A program made the translations under genes and the position numbers. Positions 1 to 10,301 of a stretch of 64,000 nt of DNA are shown in pieces. Within the stretch, counting starts at the first letter, position 1; each line of letters begins with the position of its first letter. Origin of the DNA: a virus; IMG/VR virus record IMGVR_UViG_3300028027_000047, positions 1 to 64,000 of that record. One strand, given 5' to 3'. Below the pieces are notes generated by a model that was not told where the DNA came from, did no database searches, and was given only the letters and a program-made list of their open reading frames with translations.

Positions 1-153
1 GCAACTGGTCCACAAGGATTAAAAGGTGACACTGGCGCAACAGGCGCAACTGGTCCACAAGGATTAAAAGGTGACACTGGCGCAACAGGCGCAACTGGTC
101 CACAAGGATTAAAAGGTGACACTGGCGAAACAGGCGCAACTGGCCCACAAGGA
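1..153 (+). repeat. 45-bp tandem repeat (about 3.4 copies visible) encoding the collagen unit [15 protein letters not shown]
   Basis: gcaactggtccacaaggattaaaaggtgacactggcgcaacaggc recurs at 1, 46 and 91, with a partial copy at 136. Confidence 0.95.
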
Positions 154-1500
154 TCTAGCGGCACAGCTGCAACAGTAGCACTAGGATCAGTTACAACAGG
201 CTTAGCTGGATCTTCAGTGTCTATAACAAACTCTGGAACCACATCCGCGGCAATACTTAATTTTACAATTCCTCGTGGAGACACAGGGGCTTCGGGTACT
301 GGAGGATCAACGTTTTCTGGAACAACAGATTCTGTAACTGAAGGAACAGCAAATCTTTATTTTACAAATGAAAGAGCATCTGTTGCAAACAATCAAAGAT
401 TTACAGATGTTTATGTAAACATAAATCAGGCCACAGACGACTTGATGGCATACACAGCAAATAATTATGTAACAATATCAAATCTAGACAACAGATTAGG
501 TGGATATGTTATGGAAGCTGATGCGGATCTAGCGGGAGGGTATGCAAAAATTGGAGTTGCTAGCGGTAAGATATTAGACTCAGTTATTCCTACTACAATT
601 GCAAGAACCTCAGATATAACAGCAGCAATAGCAAATGTTGTAAATGCAGCACCAGACTCATTTGATACTCTTAAAGAAATTGCAGATTATATTTCTACAG
701 ATCAAACAGCTGCATCTTCATTAACTACATTAGTTGGAACTAAGCTTTCTTCTTCAACTGCCGCATCAACATATGCGCCACTTGCTTCACCAACATTTAC
801 TGGAACAGTTTCTGGTATTACAAAATCAATGGTAGGGCTTGGAAATGTGGATAACACTACAGATGCCTTAAAACCAATTTCCCAAGCTACTCAGACAGCA
901 TTAGATGCTAAATTAGCAGTAGCAACCGCATCAACAACATATGCGCCAAAAGCATCACCAACATTTACTGGAACAGTAGATTTTTCTGGTGCAGATGTAG
1001 TTCTAGGAGTACTACCAGCTCAAAGCTTTTCTTCCGTAGGTAAGTATTTAACAAGTAACGGTTCTCAGGCTTCTTGGTCTACAATAAACCTTGCAGACTA
1101 TGCAACTAAATTAAATCCAGTATTTTTGGGAACAGTAGACTTTACCAACGCAACAGTAACTGGAATACAGACTGGTGTGGCAGACAACTCAATAACATCA
1201 GCTAAAATTGCTGATGGAACAATTGTAGACAATGACATTAGCTCCTCAGCAGCAATAGATAAAACAAAAATTTATGGCACAGCGGTTACTAGAACAGACA
1301 TCGGTACAGTAGATAACGCTATGCTTGCTGGATCAATTGCAAATGCAAAGCTTGCAAATTCATCAATTACAATAAACGGAACCTCTGTTGCACTTGGAGG
1401 CTCAACAACAATTTCAGCAGGAGCAAAAACATTCTATAACAATACTGGCGCACTACCTGCTACGGGTATGGTTGCTGGAGATCTTTATATACAGTACTAG
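1..1500 (+). CDS. Collagen-like (Gly-X-Y) tail fibre/appendage protein, 5'-truncated by the window edge
   Basis: Frame 1 is open from base 1 ([15 protein letters not shown] repeats) into the 217..1500 ORF. It contains [24 protein letters not shown] and GLGNVDNT fibre motifs. Confidence 0.8.
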   Translation, partial: ATGPQGLKGDTGATGATGPQGLKGDTGATGATGPQGLKGDTGETGATGPQGSSGTAATVALGSVTTGLAGSSVSITNSGTTSAAILNFTIPRGDTGASGTGGSTFSGTTDSVTEGTANLYFTNERASVANNQRFTDVYVNINQATDDLMAYTANNYVTISNLDNRLGGYVMEADADLAGGYAKIGVASGKILDSVIPTTIARTSDITAAIANVVNAAPDSFDTLKEIADYISTDQTAASSLTTLVGTKLSSSTAASTYAPLASPTFTGTVSGITKSMVGLGNVDNTTDALKPISQATQTALDAKLAVATASTTYAPKASPTFTGTVDFSGADVVLGVLPAQSFSSVGKYLTSNGSQASWSTINLADYATKLNPVFLGTVDFTNATVTGIQTGVADNSITSAKIADGTIVDNDISSSAAIDKTKIYGTAVTRTDIGTVDNAMLAGSIANAKLANSSITINGTSVALGGSTTISAGAKTFYNNTGALPATGMVAGDLYIQY

Positions 1501-1507
1501 GATATAA

Positions 1508-3313
1508 ATGAAAATACATGATGGAACGACCTGGCAAGAGGCTAAATCATTAAGAATTAATAATGGTTCTAGCTGGGTTTCTGCTGCCAAAGGCTGGGTG
1601 TACGACAATGGATGGAAGTTATCATATCCAAACTACCCTGTACTATCTTCTGGTTTTCTTTCAATTTCTGGAACACCAGTGGCTACAGTAGGAACAACTT
1701 ATACTGCAAATATAGTATGGCTAGTAGATCCAGCATATTTAGCATCTTCATATTCTTATAAATGGTACAGAAGCGGAACATTAATTTCTGGAGCAACTTC
1801 ACAAACGTACCTAACAGTAGTTGCTGATGTTGATAAAATAATATCATGTAGAGTAGAAGCAACTAATGCTAGAGGCACGACCTCGGTTTTACTGGAAACT
1901 GGAGCAACAATACTTCCAAGAATAGCAACCATGGAAGCAGCATTTGACACGACCCTAACCCCCACAGCTACAGTATCTTTAAGTGTAAATGGCTTGTCAT
2001 ATTCAGGATCTTGGTCTTCTAGCAATGCCACAACAGTTTCAATTAGCTCAACTAACGGTCAAGCCTACCCAGATTCATCTGGTGCATCTGGTACGTATTC
2101 TGGAATTGGCTCAGCTGGACCGATTAGAGTAGATGCAAGCTTAACAAATACTAGAAAAAGAGTTTACCTTCAGTGGTCTGCAGCACCAGGAGCAGCATCT
2201 TACGATGTAATCAAGTATGGCAATAATGTTGAAACAAAAGTAAATATTCCATCAAATCAAACAAGCTATATATGGGATAACATTGCAGACGGCAACGAAA
2301 CAAATTATTTTTCAGTATATCCAAAGTCAGCAGTAGCTGGAACAGGATATGGTGTTGTGCAGACTGTCACAGCTTCAAATAAATATGGATCAGCTTCAGC
2401 CTCATCTTCTCTTTACGAGCCATATCCTACTGCCCCAACTAATGTAATTGGTAGTGATGATTCCAGTGCAGATAGTGGATCTTTTTCTTGGTCTGCCTCA
2501 ACTTCGCCAATAGGTAGAACCATACTATATCATTCATATACAATAAATCGAGATGGTTCATATTATACATCTGGAACTACTACTGGTACAAGCGTGGCAG
2601 TTGCTTCAACAGGATCATTCACTATATCTGTAACTGGTTTTGATGGAATATGGACATCAAATGCAGGAACTGGCAGTGGAACTTTTACGGTAAAATCTCC
2701 AGGAACTCCATCTCCTTCTACAAGCGGAGCAGCATATAACCAATTTAACGTATCATGGACTGCAATTACAGGTGCATCATCTTACTCCGTAAAGGTTGGA
2801 ACATCTGCATGGGGAAGCAATATTTTAGACACAACAACAACAAATACCTCTGCAACAATTTCAGGTCTATCTGCCAGCACAACATATTATGTAACAATTG
2901 CTGCTTATAAAAATGGATATGGGTATGGATCAAATGGATATACCACAGGAACTACTACGGTAGATCCAACAGTTAATATATCTGCCCCCAACGTTCAATT
3001 TGAAAGAACTGCAACGCAGATAAAATGGGGAATAGATAATGGATATTGGACAGGACCTTTTGATGCATATGGCATAGAGTGGGAAGTTAGAACAGGGGCA
3101 GGCAGCGGAACAGTTATAACTTCTGGAAACACTATAAACTATACAACAACCATGACAAAGGGACCCGTAAACGGCTATTCTTGGAACTACTGGGTTAGAT
3201 CCACCACAGACCTCCCATACAGCTCCTCTCCAAGATATCTAAGAGCAAGAATGTATGGGTATAATTCGGCTACAAATACATTTGTAGATGGCACTTGGTC
3301 AGGTTGGTCTTAA
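1508..3313 (+). CDS. Ig-like/fibronectin type III repeat virion protein (putative adhesin)
   Basis: YSYKWYRSG...ISCRVEATN Ig-like block; FN3 signature VSWTA...YSV...ISGLSASTTYYVTIAA; Ser/Thr/Gly-rich. Confidence 0.75.
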   Translation: MKIHDGTTWQEAKSLRINNGSSWVSAAKGWVYDNGWKLSYPNYPVLSSGFLSISGTPVATVGTTYTANIVWLVDPAYLASSYSYKWYRSGTLISGATSQTYLTVVADVDKIISCRVEATNARGTTSVLLETGATILPRIATMEAAFDTTLTPTATVSLSVNGLSYSGSWSSSNATTVSISSTNGQAYPDSSGASGTYSGIGSAGPIRVDASLTNTRKRVYLQWSAAPGAASYDVIKYGNNVETKVNIPSNQTSYIWDNIADGNETNYFSVYPKSAVAGTGYGVVQTVTASNKYGSASASSSLYEPYPTAPTNVIGSDDSSADSGSFSWSASTSPIGRTILYHSYTINRDGSYYTSGTTTGTSVAVASTGSFTISVTGFDGIWTSNAGTGSGTFTVKSPGTPSPSTSGAAYNQFNVSWTAITGASSYSVKVGTSAWGSNILDTTTTNTSATISGLSASTTYYVTIAAYKNGYGYGSNGYTTGTTTVDPTVNISAPNVQFERTATQIKWGIDNGYWTGPFDAYGIEWEVRTGAGSGTVITSGNTINYTTTMTKGPVNGYSWNYWVRSTTDLPYSSSPRYLRARMYGYNSATNTFVDGTWSGWS

Positions 3314-3516
3314 TGATGTATAATATTATAACAGCAGAAGAAAAGATTTTTATTATAAACACATACTTAAAAAACCTAAATGGTGAAAAGTATACGCTTA
3401 ATAATAAAATAAACGTAGATTTGACTCAAGATGAGATTTCAGAGATAAACTCTGCCATATCTTTAATTGAAGAAAAGATTCAAGCTATTGAATCGGAAAA
3501 AAGAAATATAAACTAA
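3313..3516 (+). CDS. Small coiled-coil protein (possible fibre chaperone)
   Basis: TAATG coupling to the upstream gene; similar pattern to the next ORF. Confidence 0.6.
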   Translation: MMYNIITAEEKIFIINTYLKNLNGEKYTLNNKINVDLTQDEISEINSAISLIEEKIQAIESEKRNIN

Positions 3517-3526
3517 GGAGAATACA

Positions 3527-3730
3527 ATGACTACATACACAGCCCTAACTAATGATGAAAAAGCAGCAATTGCTCAAGGAGAAATAAGAAACCTAGAGTA
3601 CCAGATGTATGCACTTGAGGTAAAGCTTATTGCAGAAAATGCAAAGTCCACCCCAGATGCAGAAACAATTGCAGCACTAAACACATCAATTGCAGAAAAG
3701 CAAAGTCAAATTGCAGCGGTTATTGCTTAA
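3527..3730 (+). CDS. Small coiled-coil protein
   Basis: AAGGAG Shine-Dalgarno upstream; heptad pattern. Confidence 0.75.
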   Translation: MTTYTALTNDEKAAIAQGEIRNLEYQMYALEVKLIAENAKSTPDAETIAALNTSIAEKQSQIAAVIA

Positions 3731-3783
3731 ATTATAATTATACATAAGATATAATTAGTTTATGCAATACGCCAGGAGGCAAC

Positions 3784-4338
3784 ATGGCAAGTACTTTTCC
3801 AACAACTAAAGATAATCTATCTAATCCACTTTCAACAGATGAGTTATCTGGACACGCAGCACAGCATGCTAACGCTAATGACGCAATTGAAGCATTAGAA
3901 AATGTAGTCGGTATAACAAACTCAGTAGACTCAAATTCTTTGACATATAAAATAAATGCATTGTCGGAGTCAGTCGGCACACTTTCAAATACAGCAACAA
4001 GCATAGAAACACTTATGGGCCTAGAAGGAAATAATGATCTAACAATTTCTGGTATACAGAATAAGACAACTGTTGACTCCTATGCCTCTGCAGATTATCG
4101 GACAGCATCTTATGCCCTACAGATTGTAAAGGCATCTACTGGAGAGTCCTATTTTTCAAACATCACAGCACTCAGAGGATCTTCTGATATCTATGTATCA
4201 GAATCTAACATTGTAACTAACGCTAATTCATCAATTGCAACGACAGCTTTTGAATCTGCGAATGGTATAATTAGTTTAACAGTCACCCCAGTATCAGGCG
4301 AAGTAACTGTAAGATATTTCAGAACAGCGTTAAAATAA
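3784..4338 (+). CDS. Virion structural protein sharing a C-terminal beta domain with 4362..5969
   Basis: AGGAGG SD; N-terminal FPTTKDNLSNP...HANANDAIEALE motif; C-terminal DYRTA...VSE...ISLTVT. Confidence 0.7.
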   Translation: MASTFPTTKDNLSNPLSTDELSGHAAQHANANDAIEALENVVGITNSVDSNSLTYKINALSESVGTLSNTATSIETLMGLEGNNDLTISGIQNKTTVDSYASADYRTASYALQIVKASTGESYFSNITALRGSSDIYVSESNIVTNANSSIATTAFESANGIISLTVTPVSGEVTVRYFRTALK

Positions 4339-4361
4339 AGCAGTAAGAGGAGTCATAAAAT

Positions 4362-5969
4362 ATGGCAATAGTAAATAAGAATTTTAGAGTAAAAAATGGT
4401 CTTATCGTCGACGGTTCCGTCGCAACGGTAAATGGCTATAACGTATTAACAGAGGCATCAACAGCCTTTATCATCAGCACAGTTGGCGGATCAGCAGATA
4501 CAGCCAATACTCCTAATACTGTAGTAAAGCGTGACGGCTCAGGAAACTTTGCAGCAGGCACAATTACAGCATCTATCGTTGGTAACTTAACTGGTAACGT
4601 AACAGGAACAGTTTCAAGCCTTTCAAACCATGATACTGCCGATCTTGCAGAAGGATCAAATCTATATTTCACAAATGCTCGTGCATTAGCAGCAACAGCT
4701 GCCGCATACGATGCAGCAGGTGCAGCATCAAGCGCACAGGCAAATGCAGCAACAGATGCCACAGCTAAGGTAGCGGCAGAAGCAACAGCACGTAGCTCAG
4801 CAATTGCAACAGCAATTGCAACAGAGGTTACAGACCGAAATGCAGCAATTGCAACAGCAAAAACCGCAGCAGAGGCAACTGCATCAGCAGATGCAACAGC
4901 TAAAGTAGCCGCAGAAGCAGCTCTTAGAATATCAGGAGATGCCGCTTCAGTTTCAACTGCAGCAGCAGATGCCAGTACAAAGGCAGATGCCGCTCAAGCA
5001 GCAGCAATATCTGCTGCAGCAGCTGACGCAACTTCTAAGGCCAACGCCGCTAAATCTGGAGCAGAAGCGACAGCAGCAACAGCGCTCTCAGCTGCAATCG
5101 CAACAGAAGTTTCAAACCGTAACACAGCAATTTCAGATGCAGTAGATTCATTAGTTGATGGCGCACCAGGAATTCTTGACACTTTAAATGAATTAGCAGA
5201 CGCAATTAATAATGATGCTAATTATTCAACAACATTAACAACAGCTCTTGGTACAAAGGCAAACGCAGCAGATGTAGCTTCAAGTTTAGCATCAGCAGCT
5301 TCAACCGCAGCAGCAGATGCAACAGATAAGGTAGCAGCAGAAGCAGCCCTTAGAGTCTCAGGCGATGCAGCCTCAGTCTCAACTGCAGCAGCTGACGCAA
5401 CTTCTAAGGCCAGCGCCGCTCAAGCAGCAGCAATATCTGCAGCAGCAACAGACGCTACTACAAAGGTAGCAGCGGAAGCTACAGCCCGTAACTCAGCAAT
5501 TTCAACAGCAATCTCAGGTGAAGTTACTGATAGAAATGCAGCAATAGCAACAGCCCAGGCTGCTGCACAATCTGCAGCAGAAGCAACAGCAGCAGATGCA
5601 CTTGCAGATGCTAAAGACGGAACAGCACCGTTTACAGTAGTAAATGTAAATGATGTAGCAGCGGTACGAGCAGCGACTACAACAGTTTCTTCAGCTGGAA
5701 CTGTAAATGCTTTAACATGGTCAGGATCTGACTACCGTACAGCAAAGGCACTTGTTAAGCTAAAGAATGGTGTTAATACTCAGGTTTCTGAGGTTCTACT
5801 TACACTTGATACTAGCAATAACGTTTCAGTAACAGAATTTGGTTCAATTAATACAGGAACCGATCTAGGAACAATATCAGCAGCATATGCTTCAGGTAGC
5901 GTTTCAATATCAGTAACAACAACCTACGCATCAACAGATGTAATGGTTTATGCAACACTAATTAAATAA
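4362..5969 (+). CDS. Ala-rich coiled-coil fibre protein
   Basis: GAGGAG SD; EGSNLYFTNARA and GAPGILDTLNELA fibre motifs; long Ala-rich repeats. Confidence 0.75.
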   Translation: MAIVNKNFRVKNGLIVDGSVATVNGYNVLTEASTAFIISTVGGSADTANTPNTVVKRDGSGNFAAGTITASIVGNLTGNVTGTVSSLSNHDTADLAEGSNLYFTNARALAATAAAYDAAGAASSAQANAATDATAKVAAEATARSSAIATAIATEVTDRNAAIATAKTAAEATASADATAKVAAEAALRISGDAASVSTAAADASTKADAAQAAAISAAAADATSKANAAKSGAEATAATALSAAIATEVSNRNTAISDAVDSLVDGAPGILDTLNELADAINNDANYSTTLTTALGTKANAADVASSLASAASTAAADATDKVAAEAALRVSGDAASVSTAAADATSKASAAQAAAISAAATDATTKVAAEATARNSAISTAISGEVTDRNAAIATAQAAAQSAAEATAADALADAKDGTAPFTVVNVNDVAAVRAATTTVSSAGTVNALTWSGSDYRTAKALVKLKNGVNTQVSEVLLTLDTSNNVSVTEFGSINTGTDLGTISAAYASGSVSISVTTTYASTDVMVYATLIK

Positions 5970-6033
5970 TTAATAAAAGGTATGGGGTCCTTTCAAAACC
6001 CCACCAAAACAATTAGGGGATATGTGAACTTAA

Positions 6034-6405
6034 ATGGCAATAGTAAATAAAAACTTCAAGGTTAAAAATGGCCTTAACGTAGCAGGACCTGCAACATTTG
6101 ATGCAGCAGTAAATGTAGACAACTTAGTCTTAAATTCAACCCCCCTTGCCTTCGATTCATCAACTGGAAGATTAAAGATCCAGATTAATGGTGCTTGGAA
6201 GGAAATTGCCCTTCTAACAGATGCGGCGGAAGACACAAGCGCTTTAACATTTATGGATATTGGATTGGCTATGGATTATAACGGCCAGCCAATCTATACA
6301 GTTTATGCAAACGGAGTAAATACAACAGCCACAAAATTTGCGGATGGTGGAGATTACTCAACAGATACATACAGCATGACCTTTGATTCTGGAACAATTA
6401 ACTAA
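6034..6405 (+). CDS. Virion protein sharing the N-terminal MAIVNKNFxVKNGL motif with 4362..5969
   Basis: 123-aa ORF; the first ~14 aa are nearly identical to the upstream gene. Confidence 0.7.
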   Translation: MAIVNKNFKVKNGLNVAGPATFDAAVNVDNLVLNSTPLAFDSSTGRLKIQINGAWKEIALLTDAAEDTSALTFMDIGLAMDYNGQPIYTVYANGVNTTATKFADGGDYSTDTYSMTFDSGTIN

Positions 6406-6434
6406 TTGTTTTGGAATTATTGTAGTGCTATAAT
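6406..6434 (+). promoter_or_regulatory. Sigma-70/HrdB-type promoter
   Basis: TTGTTT, 17-bp spacer, TATAAT with extended TG (TGCTATAAT). Confidence 0.6.
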
Positions 6435-6466
6435 TACCAAATAAGTCTAAATAAGGGGTGGCAAAT

Positions 6467-8680
6467 ATGTCAACAGTAAGAATTCAAGTAAGAAGAGGTA
6501 CAGCTTCACAGTGGACCTCAGTTAATCCAATTTTGGCAGCAGGAGAAATGGGTGTCGAGTCAGACACCAACCTATTTAAATTCGGTAACGGATCCTCTAC
6601 ATGGACTGCCCTTGCATATGCAAACAATTCAGATGTAGCGATTGGTGAAATATCCCAAGACGCAATTAACACCGCCCTTTCAATGGGAGCGGGACTCACA
6701 AAGTCATACAACGATGGAACAAATACAATCCAGATAACAGTGGACTCAACAGTAGTAGCACTTAAGTCATATGTAGATTCAGCAATCAGCGCATCAGCGA
6801 CAGCAATTGAAAATACAGCAGACTCGACATATTTGCTAGCAGCAGATCTTGGACAAGCAAATGGAGTAGCTTCACTTAATTCTTCTGGTAAAGTTCCAGC
6901 AGGTCAACTAGATATTGCAGAGGCAGTTCAAGACAATATTGCAGGAGCAATAGTTGCAGGTTCAGGCGTTACAAAAGCTTATGACGATACATTAAATACA
7001 ATAACATTAGAAGTAGACACATCAACGATTGCTTCAAAGTCTTATGTTGATTCAGGCATTTCAGCAGAATCAACAACTAGACAGTCTGGCTTAAATTCAG
7101 CTATAAATGCTGAAGTAACTGCTAGAACTTCAGCAATAGCTCTTGCAAAGTCTCAGGCAATCACAACAGCAGGAACATACACAGATACAGCAATTACTAA
7201 TTTAGTAAATGGCGCACCTGCAGTTCTAGATACCCTTAATGAGCTTTCAGCAGCACTTGGAGCAGATGCAAATTTTGCAACTACGGTTGCTACAAATATT
7301 TCAACAGCAGTAACAACTGCAGCTTCTTACACAGATGCACAGGTAAATATCGCAGTAGGAAATGCTCAAACTGTACAGACTGCACATGCAAATAAGACAA
7401 CATCTGTTCATGGTATTGCAGACACTTCTTTGCTTGCAACCACTTCAGATGTTGCAACTGCTAAATCAGAAGCAATTGCAGCAGCATCTACAGATGCCAC
7501 TACAAAAGCTAGCGCAGCACAGGCAGCAGCAATATCAACAGCAGCAACCGCGTCAGCAGCAGCAGTATCAACAGCAGCTTCAACCGCAGCAGCAGATGCA
7601 ACTACAAAAGCTAATGCAGCACAGGCAGCAGCAGTTGTAACAGCAGGAACTTATACAGATACATCTATTGGTGCAGAAGTAACTGCAAGAAACTCTGCTA
7701 TAACTGCAGCAGTCTCCGCAGAAACAGCAGATCGCTCTTCAGCAATCTCTGCAGCAGTAGCAACAGAAGTATCAAATAGAAATTCAGCGATTGCATCACA
7801 TGAAGCAGACACAACAAATGTTCATGGTATTGCAGACACTTCAGCGCTTGCAACCACAGCACATATCACAACACATAATTCAGATACCACAGATGTTCAC
7901 GGTATTGCAGACACTTCAGTTCTTGCAACAGATACAACAGTTGCAACTGCTAAATCAGAAGCAATTGCAGCAGCGGGAACAGCAGCTGATACAAAGGTTT
8001 CAACTGCGGTAGCAGCACTTACAAAGTCTTCAGTAGGACTTGCAAATGTTGACAATACAGCAGATGCATCAAAGCCAGTTTCAACAGCACAGGCTACAGC
8101 AATTGCAACTGCTAAATCAGAAGCAATCGCAGATGCAACATCACAAGTAAATGCACTATTAACAGGAGCTCCAGCAGCACTCAATACACTTGATGAACTT
8201 GCAGCAGCACTTGGTGATGACGCAAACTTCGCATCAACAGTTACAACTAATTTAGCAGCAAAAGCACCTCTTGCTTCACCAACATTTACTGGTACAGTAA
8301 CAGTTGCAGCAGCAGGAGTAGCATTTACAGACGGAACACAAACAAAAGCTGGAGTGCCGTCATTAACAACTACAACAACTACAGTTTCAGGAGCTTATAA
8401 CTTGTCAACTGGTGGACTTGCTCTGCGGGATCAGCTAGTTAATATTGCTGGAGCATTTGCAATTACAGTTCCAACGAATACAACAACAGCATATCCAGTT
8501 GGAACATCAATTGATTTCTGGCAATCATCTGGCGCAGGCGGAGCAAGCTTTGCACCAGTAGATGGCACAGTTACAATTTATTCAACACCAGGATCAACAT
8601 TAAGAGCACTATATTCATCAGCAACACTAACTAAAGTTGGAGCTAATGCATGGTTACTTGCTGGAGATCTAAAAGCTTAA
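6467..8680 (+). CDS. Tail fibre/appendage protein with an Mtd/hyaluronidase-type N-terminal domain and Ala-rich stalk
   Basis: IQVRRGTASQWTSVNPILAAGEMGVESDT...FKFGNG..W..L is the characteristic N-terminus. It has two GAP..LDTL.EL..ALG.DANF motifs and a C-terminal YPVGTSI...W.L.GDL domain. Alternative GTG start at 6458. Confidence 0.8.
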   Translation: MSTVRIQVRRGTASQWTSVNPILAAGEMGVESDTNLFKFGNGSSTWTALAYANNSDVAIGEISQDAINTALSMGAGLTKSYNDGTNTIQITVDSTVVALKSYVDSAISASATAIENTADSTYLLAADLGQANGVASLNSSGKVPAGQLDIAEAVQDNIAGAIVAGSGVTKAYDDTLNTITLEVDTSTIASKSYVDSGISAESTTRQSGLNSAINAEVTARTSAIALAKSQAITTAGTYTDTAITNLVNGAPAVLDTLNELSAALGADANFATTVATNISTAVTTAASYTDAQVNIAVGNAQTVQTAHANKTTSVHGIADTSLLATTSDVATAKSEAIAAASTDATTKASAAQAAAISTAATASAAAVSTAASTAAADATTKANAAQAAAVVTAGTYTDTSIGAEVTARNSAITAAVSAETADRSSAISAAVATEVSNRNSAIASHEADTTNVHGIADTSALATTAHITTHNSDTTDVHGIADTSVLATDTTVATAKSEAIAAAGTAADTKVSTAVAALTKSSVGLANVDNTADASKPVSTAQATAIATAKSEAIADATSQVNALLTGAPAALNTLDELAAALGDDANFASTVTTNLAAKAPLASPTFTGTVTVAAAGVAFTDGTQTKAGVPSLTTTTTTVSGAYNLSTGGLALRDQLVNIAGAFAITVPTNTTTAYPVGTSIDFWQSSGAGGASFAPVDGTVTIYSTPGSTLRALYSSATLTKVGANAWLLAGDLKA

Positions 8681-8707
8681 TTAATATAAAATAAAAAGGG
8701 GTATAAG

Positions 8708-10285
8708 ATGGCAAAACACATAGGTAAGAAATCATCTGCACAAGATAACTTTGTTGGTCCAAATCCAGTGACTGGAGTTTCAGCATCAGATATAGGAACA
8801 GGACGGGCATACAATGATGGTGCAATTAGTGTTTCATGGACAGCGCCAGTAGGTGGAAATACCCCAACAGGATATAAGGTGTATGAGGGGGCCTCTGTAG
8901 TTGCTACAATTGCGTATGGAACAAATACTGCAACAATTACAGGGCTTGCTTCTGAATCAAGCCACACTTATTCTGTAGCATCATATGATTCATATAAAGA
9001 TAATAATACTAATGCAGTTGCTGCGTCAGCAGTAACTGCTACTACAGTTCCACAGGCACCATCAGTTTCTGCAACAGATGTTGGAACAGGTAGACCGTTT
9101 AATAATGGAGCAGCAACTGTTATAGTTACAGCAAATGCAACTGGAGGAAAAGCAATTTCAACATATGCAGCAACTCCAAACGGATTATCAGAAGTTACAG
9201 GTGCTTCAAGCACATTAACACCAACAGGAATGGCATCTGGAACAGGATATACATTTACTGGTAGAGTATCAAATGCAAATGGTTTTTCTGCAGCATCATC
9301 TGCAACAGCATCAATTACAATTACAACAGTTCCAGCTGCACCAACTGGATTATCTGCTGCAAATAATGGTCAAAATAATAACCGTGCATCTTGGACTGCG
9401 CCAGCAACTGGTGGGAAAGCAATTTCTAGCTACAATGTTTTTGATAATGGCGGCAATGCCCCAGACTCAATAAATACTGCAGGAACAACGGCTGACTTTA
9501 CAGGCCAGGCAGACAATTTTGGTTGGTACTTTAATGTCGAAGCTATAAATGCAAATGGAACTTCAGCAAGATCAACAAATTCAAGCACAATTACAACAAC
9601 GCCTTTTAGCTTTGTTCCATTTAGCTTTACGCCATTTGGCTTTACACCATTCGGCTTTACACCATTCGGCTTTACACCATTCGGCTTTACGCCATTTGGC
9701 TTTACACCATTCGGCTTTACACCATTCGGATTTACTCCATTTGGATTTACTCCATATGGGTTCTCTGGTGGTCTTTGCTTTAAATCACTTGGCGCAACAA
9801 CAATGGTACAGACAACAAATGGATTAGTAGCAGCTCACGATTTAGCAGTAGGAGACGTTCTTCTATCAGCAGATATTGAAACAATGCCTACAGAATTCCC
9901 TGGACCTCAGTCTGAATATCCAGACTGGTCTGTGGTTGATCCAACAGTAACACCAAAGACTACAACAATTACATCAATTGCAACTCGAAACTCTTCAACA
10001 ATTATAGTTGTAAATGGAGAGACATACGCAGACTCACACTACATATTTGTAAAAAGAGATGGCTTATCTAAGTTTGTAAATGTTAGCGAACTACTACTAA
10101 CAGACTTAGTCTTCTCTTCAGATACAAAAGAATGGGTTGAGGTTATACAGGTAGATGTAATTCCAAATGTATCTTACCCAGTAGTATGTATAAACACAGA
10201 GCCTTACGATGTATTTTATACCGAAAGATTCCTTGTTCACGATTCTTATACAATCGCCTCAGACAACCCAGTCGTAGGACAGTAA
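8708..10285 (+). CDS. FN3-repeat virion protein with a (PFGFT)n pentapeptide repeat and C-terminal Hint (intein/Hedgehog-like) domain
   Basis: Three FN3-like repeats and 11 P-[FY]-[GS]-F-[TVS] units. Hint blocks: A SLGATTMVQTTNG...DLAVGD, B YADSHYIFV, F/G VVCINTEPYDVFYTERFLVHDS. Confidence 0.8.
   Translation: MAKHIGKKSSAQDNFVGPNPVTGVSASDIGTGRAYNDGAISVSWTAPVGGNTPTGYKVYEGASVVATIAYGTNTATITGLASESSHTYSVASYDSYKDNNTNAVAASAVTATTVPQAPSVSATDVGTGRPFNNGAATVIVTANATGGKAISTYAATPNGLSEVTGASSTLTPTGMASGTGYTFTGRVSNANGFSAASSATASITITTVPAAPTGLSAANNGQNNNRASWTAPATGGKAISSYNVFDNGGNAPDSINTAGTTADFTGQADNFGWYFNVEAINANGTSARSTNSSTITTTPFSFVPFSFTPFGFTPFGFTPFGFTPFGFTPFGFTPFGFTPFGFTPFGFTPYGFSGGLCFKSLGATTMVQTTNGLVAAHDLAVGDVLLSADIETMPTEFPGPQSEYPDWSVVDPTVTPKTTTITSIATRNSSTIIVVNGETYADSHYIFVKRDGLSKFVNVSELLLTDLVFSSDTKEWVEVIQVDVIPNVSYPVVCINTEPYDVFYTERFLVHDSYTIASDNPVVGQ
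9602..9766 (+). repeat. 15-bp coding tandem repeat, 11 units (PFSFV, PFSFT, 8x PFGFT, PYGFS)
   Basis: ccatt[tc]gg[ca]tttac[agt] units vary mainly at synonymous positions. Confidence 0.95.
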
Positions 10286-10301
10286 TTAGAAAGTAAGGTT
10301 T

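Noticed and set aside
5983-6003. Terminator after the Ala-rich fibre gene
   Set aside because: The TGGGGT/ACCCCA stem has no U-tract, so it is too weak to call.
6467-8680. Diversity-generating retroelement, suggested by the Mtd-like N-terminus
   Set aside because: There is no reverse transcriptase in the window, and I saw no template/variable repeat pair with adenine-specific mismatches.
9602-9766. CRISPR array
   Set aside because: The 15-bp units are contiguous with no spacers and lie in frame in a CDS. The Cas4-like gene is a stand-alone phage exonuclease with no other cas genes.
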